DNA of 64,000 nucleotides from positions 309,814,001-309,878,000 of the forward strand of contig OZ024742.1 of assembly GCA_964016885.1 (NCBI GenBank), written 5' to 3'. Position numbers and translations under genes: made by a program. Below are positions 15,385-27,604 of this stretch, one piece after another. Numbering within the stretch: position 1 is the stretch's first letter; each line of letters starts with the position of its first letter. Under the pieces are notes generated by a model that worked only from the letters and a program-made list of their open reading frames with translations, did not search any database and was not told where the DNA came from. This DNA comes from Eledone cirrhosa (Eukaryota).

Positions 15385-15565
15385 TTGTTTCTACTTTTGG
15401 CACAAGGCCAGCAAATACCCAGTGCATTACTGGTATTTTATTTTATCGACCCCGTAAGGATGAAAGGCAAAGTTAACCTCGGCGGGATTTGAACTCAGAA
15501 TGGAAAGGGCCGTAACTCTATGCGTCAAAGCATGGCGTCCGACCCTCTACCGATACTGCCAATCC
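15385..15565 (-). mobile_element. SINE family 2 (core gcctttcatccttacggggtcgataaa, Nin/Deu-domain-like)
   Basis: Highly repeated. Other copies at about 29240-29455, 32175-32345, 38180-38310, 38915-39100, 42520-43020 and 53275-53470. Confidence 0.8.
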
Positions 15566-15575
15566 TGAAATGGCA

Positions 15576-15633
<58 letters not shown>

Positions 15634-15642
15634 ATCTATCTA

Positions 15643-15682
<40 letters not shown>

Positions 15683-15780
15683 CATATACATACATGTATG
15701 TATGTATATATATATATATATTTACATATACATATATGTATGTATGTATATATATATATACATTTACATATACATACAAT

Positions 15781-16377
15781 TGGTGCTACTGGTAACATGT
15801 ATCCCAGAACAACCTGTCCCATGGTCGGGTCGTTGGCGACTAAACTGGCAACCCCACCAAGGTTTCTTGGTGAAGAGGGTGACTTTGGACATCCTGCAGG
15901 ACTAAAAACAAAACCTGTCAAAGGGCAAAGGAGCTCTTAAGAGTCAATGGCCATCCAAAATCACCGGGAGAGATGACCCCTTAGCCTTTGTCAAGGCAGA
16001 ATTCTAGGAGAAGGAAAACTCTGATATAACATCTGCAACCCTGATGGTATCCAATGATGTTGATTTGTTCTTCTTTTTTGGTAAATATCATCTTGGTTAA
16101 GAGAGTGGGACTGGCTTTGAGCAGTGCCTTTGCTCACTATAAAAGCTTCACGGCACAGGCATTGCTTTATATCTGGAGATCTCTCTGCACTTGTCGTTAC
16201 ATGGTACCAAGGGCCCAGCACTATGTGTCAATAATTGTCACAAGTGTAGTGTTTGTACCAGAGTTTTCAAGTCGCTGGCTGGACTAAAAAGTCACATTCG
16301 TTCAGCCCATCGGTAGGGGTTCTCCTACATGGATATAAAGTAGTGGCCGTACTCGAAAACGAGTTGGCAGCCACCAT
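15781..16377 (+). mobile_element. Bipartite non-autonomous RTE-like LINE derivative (5' UTR joined to 3' end)
   Basis: The 5' part has the RTE UTR-like motif gaaggaaaactctga. The 3' part encodes the C2H2 knuckle CSVCTRVFKSLAGLKSHIRSAHR* (16236-16316). A near-identical copy lies at 46263-46805. Confidence 0.65.
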
Positions 16378-16533
16378 ATATGTATGTATATATATTTACA
16401 TATACATGTATGTATATATATTTACATATACATATACATGTAGTTATATATATAAATATATATATACATGTATATGTAAGTATATATATATATATATACA
16501 CATGTATATGTAAGTATATATATATAAGTAAGT

Positions 16534-16614
<81 letters not shown>

Positions 16615-16662
16615 TATGTAAGTATATATATATATATATAATATATATATATATATATGTAA

Positions 16663-16707
<45 letters not shown>

Positions 16708-17343
16708 TGTATATGTAAGTATATATATCGAGGAAATATACTGAAATAAAGACAGAAACAAGCACACACAATAATGATCCTATCCCCTTTTTCTTAAAAT
16801 GTCATACATCGTTTTCCCCTCTACTTGTGCAGGTTATTTGTATACTTTTTATTTTTATTTCTCTCTTTAATTATGTATGTAATTCTTGAAACAGGGATTT
16901 CCGGAAAATTTCCTTCCACCATTCTATCTACAAGCAAACACAATATCTGGTCTAGAAGCAATTAAGTTAGATGGTTCTAAGGGGTTCGGAGATAACTGGG
17001 TTTCCCGCGTTTCACTGGTGGCGTGTTTGTGTATGTGCATACCCCCACCCCTTCCTTATTGCTTCAAGTAAACAAGGCCGTTTAATATGAAAAAAAAAAC
17101 GCGCGAAATGCTAAGTGTAAAAATAAACTTCCCCATCCTTCCCTGCTTTGATGTCTCCACTGAATTATATATATTTATCAATGATATTAATAAATGGAAA
17201 CTATATATATAAAACCATATTTTATATAAATATAGTTTCCATTTGTTAATATCATTGATATTATACTCCAGAAAACTTGTAGAGTGCTTCGAATCTGTTA
17301 TAAATAAATTTGTTGAATAACCAACAAATTAAATATCTCTTTG

Positions 17344-17430
<87 letters not shown>

Positions 17431-17555
17431 AGCCGTTTCGTATTGAGTACTTTGGTGCGTTATGGTCCATCTGGATATATATATGAAAAATGGCGTGCTG
17501 CGTGGTTGCACATGGGTTACGAACTAATTTTATTCATATATATGTGTGTGTGTGG

Positions 17556-17665
<110 letters not shown>

Positions 17666-17682
17666 ATATATATATATGTGTA

Positions 17683-17803
<121 letters not shown>

Positions 17804-17822
17804 GTATATATGTATATATATG

Positions 17823-17949
<127 letters not shown>

Positions 17950-18219
17950 GTATATATATGTATATGTATGTATATATATATGTATATATATATATATATA
18001 GTGGTTAGAGAACTGGATTCACAATCTTGAGGTTGTGAGTTCGATTCTTGGACCGGGTGATGAGTTATGTCCTTGAGCAAGACACTTTGTTTTACGTTGC
18101 TCGTTCTACCTGGAGTTGCGACCGATAGATAGTATTAACAATTGGAAACATTGTTTCCTCGGTCCGATTTGACGAAAGTCGATCGATCCTTTATATATAT
18201 CTATCTATATATATATACG

Positions 18220-18251
<32 letters not shown>

Positions 18252-18685
18252 TGTATGTATGTATGTATGTATGTATGTATGCATGTATGTTTATATATGT
18301 GTGTATGTATATATGCGAGTGGAAGCTTGGTTGAAGTGAAGAAGATTTAATATACTCATTGTTTCAAGTAATCCAGGGCCTTTACTTGCGAAGAAAAAGC
18401 GCGACAATATGTCGCTCACCAAGTTAAACATGAACTGTACGGAAGATGTTTTTATGCCATGGACACAGCTATACTTCCTTTATACTGTGTAATGTAACAA
18501 GTGCTTAATAAGTACCATAGTAAGCATGTATGTGGTTCCGGGTTCGCTTCCACTGCGCGTCACTTTGGTCTACTATTCTCTACTACAGTGTAGTGGTATA
18601 GCCCCAGTTGATCAATAACTTCTAAGCGGAATTGTTAAACGGGAACTGTCTGGAAATCCGCCGTATGTCTGTATGCGTGCGTATA

Positions 18686-18754
<69 letters not shown>

Positions 18755-18825
18755 CTTTGATCGGTTTTGGCCAGTATTGGCTCAGGCCATGTCTAACTTA
18801 ATAGCACCACCTGGCATATATATAT

Positions 18826-19019
18826 GAAAATCTTCAAGACCCTGACGGCAGAGCTCAAGCCTTTTCGACGGCTATTTCTGTCCAGAAATACCCGGCGAAA
18901 CGGCTTGAGCTCTGCCGTCGGGGTCTTGAAGATTTTCCTATTACCCACTCTACTACCATAAGCATTGAGTACTCTGGTGCGTTATGGTCCACCTGGTTCC
19001 TTACCACACTTCCTTCATT
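18826..19019 (+). mobile_element. Fold-back family A element
   Basis: Palindrome gaaaatcttcaagaccc...gggtcttgaagattttc plus the family tail. Confidence 0.8.
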
Positions 19020-19083
19020 ATATATCTGTGGTTTTTCTCACATCAGATGTGAGAAAAACCACAGACCCTCCATCTCAACTCTA

Positions 19084-19119
19084 CTTTTGAAAAGCAGAAG
19101 AACTGCGAAACCGGTAAAG
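19084..19119 (+). ncRNA. Minimal hammerhead ribozyme motif, U3:A8 core variant
   Basis: ctt-TTGAAAA-gcag(aagaa)ctgc-GAAA-ccgg-TA-aag. A homologous copy on the minus strand at 9268-9300 has the same core. Confidence 0.6.
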
Positions 19120-19248
19120 GAACCAAATAAATATATATATATTTTTTTAATTAAGACTCCAGTTGCATTTTCGATTTCATCTTTTTTTCTTTATACTTTC
19201 ACTCGTGTAGGACACCGGTTATTTTTCATTTTGTAAAAAAAACCTCAC

Positions 19249-19312
<64 letters not shown>

Positions 19313-20025
19313 TGGTGGTTCTTCACTTCTTTCTTTCTATGGAAGAAATTGACTGTTTTTACTTGGAGTGGGATGGACTTTTCAAACTTCAAAATACTGC
19401 GTGTCATGACGGACCTTTTACAACTCCTTTTACATTTTACTAACCTTTTTACAATCATAGAGGAGAATATAACTTTTATTTTTACAGGTTGTGCGACCAC
19501 GCACACCCTTCCTTCGTTGACTTAATTTATGCATATATATGTGTGTATATGAAGTTGCGCGCCTTAGTGTTGAGGGCGTTCCGCTTACAATCGTAGCGCT
19601 GTAAGTTCAATTTTCGATGCGCATAATGTCCTTGGGCAAGACACTTTATTTTATGTTGCTTCAGTTCACTCAGCAAAAATAAGCTGTACCTATAATTCAA
19701 AGAGCCAATTTTGTCACTCACCGTTTCATGCTGTCTGTGGAATAGTCGGAATACTCATCATTTGCACCTTGATTTCACTAGTAGTCTGTTTCATTGCTCG
19801 ATCAACTGAAACACTCGTAGTTGGAACTGACAAAGGTCTATCAACAAATATGGCTGTATCTTTTTGCAGATATAGGAATACTTGTAACATCTGTGCTCAT
19901 ATATTTAACATGTAATATGTATGCAAACTTCAAACAATGTTTTTTTAAATTTATTTATGCATGATTAACTCGTCTTCCTGACCATTCGCGTGTGCTGTGT
20001 ATATATATGTGTATGTGGGTTTTAT

Positions 20026-20217
20026 CAGACCTGACAAGTCTCCCCGTCCGACGGGGAGATCTCCCATCTACTTTGGGGTGGGTGAGAGATGTCTTCTCTT
20101 GTGAAAATGGGTATAGCTTTCATTATGTAAAATCTCCCCATTTTGCCTCATTTCTCTCCGTTTTGGGCGCCTTTTTCATGGTACTCCCGTTTAGGTCTTT
20201 AGAGGTTGGCAGGTCTA
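20026..20217. mobile_element. MITE with CAGACCTG(C/A)CAA termini (hAT-like)
   Basis: TIRs cagacctgacaa / ttggcaggtct; homologous to 59350-59498. Confidence 0.7.
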
Positions 20218-20338
20218 GTTTTGTGTATGCGTGGATGTGTGTTTAATGTATGTGAACATTTGTACACTGATGTTTTTTTCATGTAACTGGTATATAAAAT
20301 TGTTAGTAATAACCATTTCTTTCTACTTGTTATCACAG

Positions 20339-20875
20339 GTCGAAAATGGAAAGAAATGAAACAGGAGCAGCGAGATCCATTCTTGAAAGAGGCCGAACGA
20401 CTCCGTCTCTTGCACATGAAGGAGCACCCGGATTATAAATATCGCCCGAGACGGAGAAAAAACCCGAAACGGAACATAAAACGACCCGGAGGGTCAAATA
20501 GTGGTTCTGGTACTAACCACAGTCCGCGGCCTGGTGCTAATAACCACCACCATCCAAACAGTAACAGCAACAATAACAATAGTCATAGTACAGGTTCTGC
20601 TGTGGGCAGCAACTCCGGAATTTCTTCTAACAGCACTTCGTCCCTCATGATGCAGACCCAGTGTTCTCGAAGTAATCGTGGAATGAACAGCATCACGGCA
20701 AGCGCCCCGATACTGTCCAATTTGCTAAACACACCAGATTCCTCACCTTGCTCCACTCCACCAAATGAAGGCCTGGAGAAATGCCGTACTATCGGTGAGA
20801 AGGGTGTTGTCTATGATCGCACCTCAAGCAGTGGTGTTTTAACCCCAGAGATGTCACCACACAACAATTCTGATG
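20339..20875 (+). CDS. SoxF: SoxF-group HMG-box transcription factor, internal coding exon (C-terminal half of HMG box plus linker)
   Basis: Polypyrimidine tract and cacAG acceptor at 20337-20338. Reads (G)[40 protein letters not shown], the end of a Sox HMG box. A phase-1 intron in the Gly codon of LG|xxW is the SoxF/SoxD position. The LTPEMSP motif resembles the SoxF PTPPEMSP. Donor G|GTAAG at 20875/20876. Confidence 0.9.
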
Positions 20876-21046
20876 GTAAGTATTCATTATATAATATATA
20901 TATATATACTATGTTCATTTCGCCTTTCATCTTTCCGAGGTCGAAAAAATAAAGTACCGAGGTCGATGTAATCGGTTTTCCTCTTCCCCTAAATGTTTAG
21001 CCTTGTGTCTAAGTTAGAAATCATTATATAATATATACCAACTATT

Positions 21047-21101
<55 letters not shown>

Positions 21102-21707
21102 CATATGTATGTGTATATATGTATATATATATATACATATGTATGTGTATGTATGTGTATATATATATATATATAACGAAGGAATTGTGGTAAGGAACCA
21201 GATGGACCATAACGCACCAAAGTACTCAATACTTAGGGTAGTAGAGTGGGTAATAGGAACAAGTAAGACCCCGACGGCAGATCTCAAGCCGTTTAGACGG
21301 CTATTTCAGGAAATAGCCGTCGAAACGGCTTGAGCTCTGCCGTCGGGGTCTTGTTCCTATATATATTTTTATATATTTATATATATAAATATATATATAC
21401 TTCTCCTTGCTATCAGGGAAAACATACATTAAATGATGATGGTACTGTTATGTAGCGTCTTGTATTGTAGAAAAGGTCATTTGAATTTTTTAAATTTTAA
21501 ATGAAAACTCCATAAGTTAGTGTTTAACGTATTTAATGGTATTAGCATATGAATTCTAATTAAAAATAATTATGCGCTGAGAAAAGATAACATTAGCTCC
21601 TTGATATATAACTGTAATGATGAAAAAATAACTCCGACATTAAAATAGTAAATATTTCTAAGAATTACAAATAAATCAACTATATTTTTTTTCTTCTTCT
21701 CTCACAG
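20876..21707 (+). other. GT-AG intron (832 bp, phase 1) of the SoxF gene
   Basis: GTAAGT donor and pyrimidine-rich CAG acceptor join the two reading frames. The intron contains a SINE fragment and a fold-back element. Confidence 0.88.
21176..21360 (-). mobile_element. Fold-back family A element inside the SoxF intron
   Basis: Family tail plus a palindrome centred on atttcaggaaat; TA flanks. Confidence 0.8.
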
Positions 21708-22147
21708 GCATGTTTAAATTCCCACCGAATGATGATCCCTCATTTAGACATTTTTACCATAACAATCAGTTTACGAACAACCCGAGTAACGGCAACAACA
21801 GTAATGGTGTTGGAAACAATAATAGTAACATAATGGGAAATATGAGTTACAGTGAATTCCTTCGACAGCAATTCGGACCAAACTCCACTACGTCTCGGTT
21901 TGCTCCAAACGACTGGGTATGTTCAGTTCCAACCAGTTTGAGTTTAGATTCTCGGCCGGGCGATTGTACAATGCTGCGAAGTCTCATTACACAAAACCAC
22001 GGTATCGGTCCACAGCGACGAAGCCCGTCTGTTGTGACATCACATACCTCACCAATTAGCAGCATCGGTGGTTATAACAATCAACTGCCACCTCCTCCAC
22101 CACCTCCACCGCTTGCAGCAGTTCAACAACAACAACAACAACAACAA

Positions 22148-22186
<39 letters not shown>

Positions 22187-23272
22187 CAACAGCAACATAT
22201 GCAGCAGCAACAATTGCATCATCATCATCAACAGCAACAACAACAACATTCACTTCCTCCTCATTTGAATCATTTTAGCAGTAAACTTCAGCTGCATTCA
22301 GCAGAACAAGACCTTACAAATCTACAACAACAAAATCACATTCAACAACAGCAGCAACAACAACACCATCTAGTGACAACTCCCAATCTACATCACCAAT
22401 CTCCTCATCCACAGCAGCAACCACAACAATCGCGGCAGAATGGTCAACTAAGATCCCAACAAACAGTGGTTGATGGAAATCAAGGTCTTTTACAATCCAG
22501 CCCGTACGGTGCAGTAATGCCGTCAAATTTGATGACGTCACCAATGATGGAGCTTCGGTCGAACTCCGCTATGATGAACGGCCTTACCGGCAATGCTATT
22601 GGTCATATATCTAATGGAAACGGTCTAATGAACGGGGTACATGCAACTGATTCCGACCTGGATTCTCTCTTTCTATTTGACCCACCTGATGGTTCAGAAT
22701 TCGACGAGATTTTAAATAACTGTGATCCACAGAATGCTGTTATCAATGAAGAGGTCGGTGTTGTAGGTGGTGTGCCGAATGTCATTAATCCAAATATGTC
22801 CGCCGGTGGACTTCCCATGCATATGTCACAACTGAACTCTATGCCACAATCTCACATGGACGTCAATCGTCAATATTATCAGTCGATGCTTCCGCCATCA
22901 ATGACATCACCCATACAACAACAACAACAGCAACTCCCACCACCTCCATACAACAATACCACTGCATTAGAAGAACAACACCAACATCATCGTCAGCAAC
23001 AACAGCAGCAGCAGCTTCAACTTCAGCAGCAACATCAATTAAATCGAAACAACAGCAACAATAACATTGTTAGTGCTGTTGGTAATTGTACGACTCCCAC
23101 TCCAACTACAATTAATACAAACAATAACAACAACAACAGTATTCCTAACGGCAACATTAACAACAGCAATGCTGATTTCTCAAGCTTTTATGACGACGGA
23201 AATTATGAATTCTCATGCTATCTTGTTTCGGCTTTTACTGTATCGGAGAACGAAGATCTGTTTGCAAGTTAG
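21708..23272 (+). CDS. SoxF: SoxF-group transcription factor, terminal coding exon (Q/N/P-rich C-terminal region)
   Basis: Acceptor ttcttcttctctcacAG at 21706-21707, phase-compatible with the previous exon (g|gc Gly, then MFKF). 520-codon open frame ending TAG at 23270-23272. Contains DGSEFDEIL, similar to the SoxF DxxEF(D/E)QYL motif, plus polyQ, polyP and polyN tracts. Confidence 0.88.
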
Positions 23273-23456
23273 GGATTGGTGAATGAATAAATAAAAAAAG
23301 ATGCTAATGAAGCTGAACAGCAGCAACAGTCGCAACATCAACAACAGTTTAGTGAAATATACAGACCACTCAATGAAATTAAACTTGTTGATTTTAGCGA
23401 TAAATTTTAGCGACAATTCGAATGTCAAACGAAGAAAATATAGAGATTATGAATGC

Positions 23457-23501
<45 letters not shown>

Positions 23502-24233
23502 GTATGTATATGTGATATAAATGTGTGTGTATGTTTGCATGTATATAATCAGAAAGAGGGTTGAATGGAATGTTTGTTACCAATTCTTGGTTTATATGTT
23601 GGGACCAATTGTATGTAGAAACCATTAAAAAATGTTACCAAGATGAAATTATGAACTAAAAAATACATATAAATAACTGAATAAAATGAAAAAAAAAAAT
23701 GTCAATGGCTAAGACAAAAAGAAAATGTAAAATAACAATAATCAAAAAATCCTATTCAGCGGCATTTTGGCATTAGTTTAATCCAATGCTCATCTCGTCT
23801 GGTCTAATGGCTCAAAACGTAGAGTTTTATTTGCAGCAGCTATTTTGATCGGAGATCAAAAGAAACCGAAGAGAATATAATATAATACACACAAAAAGAG
23901 AAACAAACAATAATTTTATTATTAATATTATTATCATTATTATATGTACAGAAGTAGAACTATGTTCTAAGCTACAAATGAAATGGCTACATGCCTCCGA
24001 AGTAGCAATTTCACAGCACTGTCACAATATGCATCACTTCTCCACCATCACCCCAGTGTTTCTTTCATTCGACTATCTTAATTATCTTTAAGAGGCCACG
24101 CTGATTCCACTTGAGAATTATATTATGGGTACACGTGCCTGCGGAATACTCAGCAATTTTGCACGCAAATTCAATGAGCAGTTGACCGAACAACTGGACC
24201 ACACATATATCGTGCTCGACGGGAGAGTTCACC

Positions 24234-24268
<35 letters not shown>

Positions 24269-24278
24269 ACATATATGG

Positions 24279-24352
<74 letters not shown>

Positions 24353-24491
24353 CATGAGAAGAAAGAAGAATACTGCGTGGTTGCACATGGGTTACATATG
24401 AGTTGTATATATATATGGATATATGTATATATATGTAAATATATATATGTATATATGTGTATGTATATATATATGTATGTATATATTTATG

Positions 24492-24522
<31 letters not shown>

Positions 24523-24523
24523 G

Positions 24524-24556
<33 letters not shown>

Positions 24557-25274
24557 GTATGTATGTATGTATATATATATATATATGAGTATATATGTAT
24601 ATATATATATATGGATATGTGTGTATATATATATATATTATATATATATTTTATATATATATGTATCTATATGCGTGTGTGTGTGTGTGTGTCTGTATGT
24701 ATGTGTGTGTGTGTGTCTGTATGTGTATGTGTATGTGTATATGTATGTGAGTTTATATATATGTGTGAGAAAACGGAAACTTCCCTACAGCGGCACCACT
24801 ACTCATTTTAAAAATGCATTCATCCATAAACCAAAAAAACTGTTTCCATGTCCTTCACATTATTATCACTATTATCACAAACTTCAGCATTATCACGACC
24901 ATTATTTTCATCATCTTTATGATATACTACCACACCTATTAAGAAAAAGTAAAAAAAAAAAAAAATAAAATAAAATGACAAGAAAAATAACCATAAAAAA
25001 GACTGTTATATCTATAAAAACTGTTCACCGGCTTTTTGGACTTTCTCCCGTTTTATTAAGACATCTGGGACAGAATGATCAGCTTGTTCAATGAGCCATG
25101 TGTAACATCGTTAGACTATATAAAACCAAAAAACGAAGACAAAAACTATATAAAGAAAAATAAGAAAAAAGTTAAAAGCAACCTAATAAATAAATATAAA
25201 TATTAACAAGGCTTCTGATTTTATTTTTTGGGTGTTGTTGGGAAGAATGTACAAATCAAAACTTGTGTGCCCTA

Positions 25275-25328
<54 letters not shown>

Positions 25329-25385
25329 AGGTAATTCTGAAGGAAAAGCAAAGGAAAAAAGAGTGCTCTATATATAGAATAGATT

Positions 25386-25592
25386 TAATTATAAAGTGAA
25401 CAACACAAAATATAACTACTCCAATACCAAAGGTTTCTAGATGCCAGGAAATGATAATATACGTCTGGATCGGTCATCAGACAGATAACATCTCTGTCTA
25501 ATGACCGATCCAGACGTATATTAATAGTGTCTGGGATCCAGAAACCTTTGGTAGTGGAGTAGTTATATTTTGTGTTGTTTACTTTATAATTA
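25386..25592. mobile_element. Fold-back element: two divergent hammerhead-like motifs forming a roughly 200-bp imperfect palindrome
   Basis: The arms are reverse complements. The minus arm reads CTGATGA-ccgatccag...ctggcatcta-GAAA-cc(ttt)gg-TA, and the plus arm is the same with CTAATGA. Confidence 0.65.
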
Positions 25593-26388
25593 TAATTATA
25601 TATATATATATATATATAAAAATATATGTATATCATCATCATCACCGTTTAGCGTTCATTTTCCCTTGCTTGCATGTGTTAAGACGGGTTGTCTACGTCA
25701 AGAGACAAGTCTGGCCAGAACTGGCCACACCGTACTATGCTCCGACGAGGACTGTAAATACTTCATTTATATATATATAGATATATAATTTTTGTATTTC
25801 TTTTGCAAGATTTCTTATCTGAAAACGTGTGTTGAAACAGATAATGTTATAATTTGGAAGAGTCTTGCTGCCAATAAAAACACACGCACCTGTGATTTTC
25901 ACTTTAATTTATTATAAACTGTAGATGTAGAACAGAACAAACAAGAGAGAAAATAATTGTACTGTGTTCGTTGCTTTGTTGTTTCTGTTTACTTTTTGCA
26001 TACATATGTATGTATATATATATAGTGTGTGTGTATATATATGTCATATATCTATATATCTATCTATATACATATCTACATACATAACAATTCTCAGACC
26101 GGGTGATGTGTTGTTTCCTTGAGCAAGACACTTTATTTCACATTGCTCCAGTCTACTCAGCTGTAGAAATGAGATGTTTGGGACTGGGGTCCATATCATT
26201 CCACTGCAAAGTGGTCATGGAGGTGTCACGGAAAAAAAGCACCCAGCACTCACTGTAAATGAGGTTGGTGTTAGGAAGGGCATCCAGCTGTAGAAATCAA
26301 GCCAGAATCAGTTCCCGTCCCACCCTTGCAAGCAGGGAAAAGCGGACGTAAAATGAAATGATGATGATGATGATGATGATACATACAT

Positions 26389-26448
<60 letters not shown>

Positions 26449-27390
26449 TCATTATCACCATCAATGTTTAACGTTTGCTTTGCTTGTTATCAAATATTGG
26501 ACGAGTCGTAAAAAGATCGGGTTGGTGTTCAAGTGGAGCTACTTATCCTGCGGATGAGCCGGGGGCCTGTACCTCGCTTATGTTCGTACTTGGTGTCTAA
26601 ATATTTGCTCGGGTTGTGACTTTCGGCGTTCTTGGTCCCCAAACCACATCAATACTCACTGTTATTGAGTGGTTTTGGCTACTCGCCAGTGAGAGCCCCG
26701 CGCGGTGGAGTGGCTGCTTCAGGCATCTACCCCGCCATCCTCCGGGTCAATGTCTTTTCCACCTTGTCCTCCGGGACTACGAGGTGGACTGACCCCTAAG
26801 CTTCATTTATGACTGTGGCCTGTAGACTAACAAATTCTTTCCAAACTATTAAGAAAGAATAATCTCGAATGGTTTTTAATTCACTATTCTTCAAAGTCAT
26901 ATAGCTTTGTTTCAGCTTTATAACATTAAGTGGATAAAATTTAATCTATCGAGTTTGAGCTGAAAAAAAAAAAAATGTTCGGTAAAAGCAACGAAGCAGC
27001 ATAATAAAACGTAGCCGCGAGTAAAAACGTTTAGTTCAGGACAATTATGTATAGAGGTTTGATCTTCCGCTACTACGTGATTTATATTAATGTGTTGTGT
27101 ATAACTGTAATTATGTGTTTATCTTTCTTTGATACGAATGTTATGCGTTTATACGCGTGTGTGCCTTAATTTTACAATGTATGTGTGTTATTTCATCATC
27201 ATCATCACCTTTTTATGTCCATTCTTCCACGCTAGCATGGGTTAGGCGAGCTGTCCTTCTGTGGGCATTACTAGGTCAGGTGACCATATCTTGCTCATAC
27301 AAAACTGATTTTGGCTTGATTTTTACAGCTGCTCTCCCTAACGCCAACCTCATTTACAGTGAGTGCTGGGTGCTTTTTACCGTGGCGCCT

Positions 27391-27604
27391 ACACGACCAC
27401 TTTACAGTGTGGATTAGGTGCTTTTTAGTTTTGACACTTACACGACCACTTTACAGTGTGGATTAGGTGCTTTTTAGTTGTGACACTTACACGACCACTT
27501 TACAGTGTGGATTAGGTGCTTTTTAGTTTTGACACTTACACGACCACTTTACAGTGTGGATTAGGTGCTTTTTAGTTGTGACACTTACACGACCACTTTA
27601 CAGT
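27391..27604 (+). repeat. 49-bp minisatellite, about 4.3 copies, inside a SINE tail
   Basis: Unit cacgaccactttacagtgtggattaggtgctttttagtt(t/g)tgacactta. Confidence 0.9.

Noticed and set aside
20876-20952. C-terminal extension of the 20356..20952 ORF ([10 protein letters not shown]...)
   Set aside because: Read-through past a strong GTAAGT donor into intron, microsatellite and SINE sequence.
27391-27604. 49-bp repeat array resembling a CRISPR array
   Set aside because: Head-to-tail minisatellite amplified from a SINE tail motif, with no spacers.
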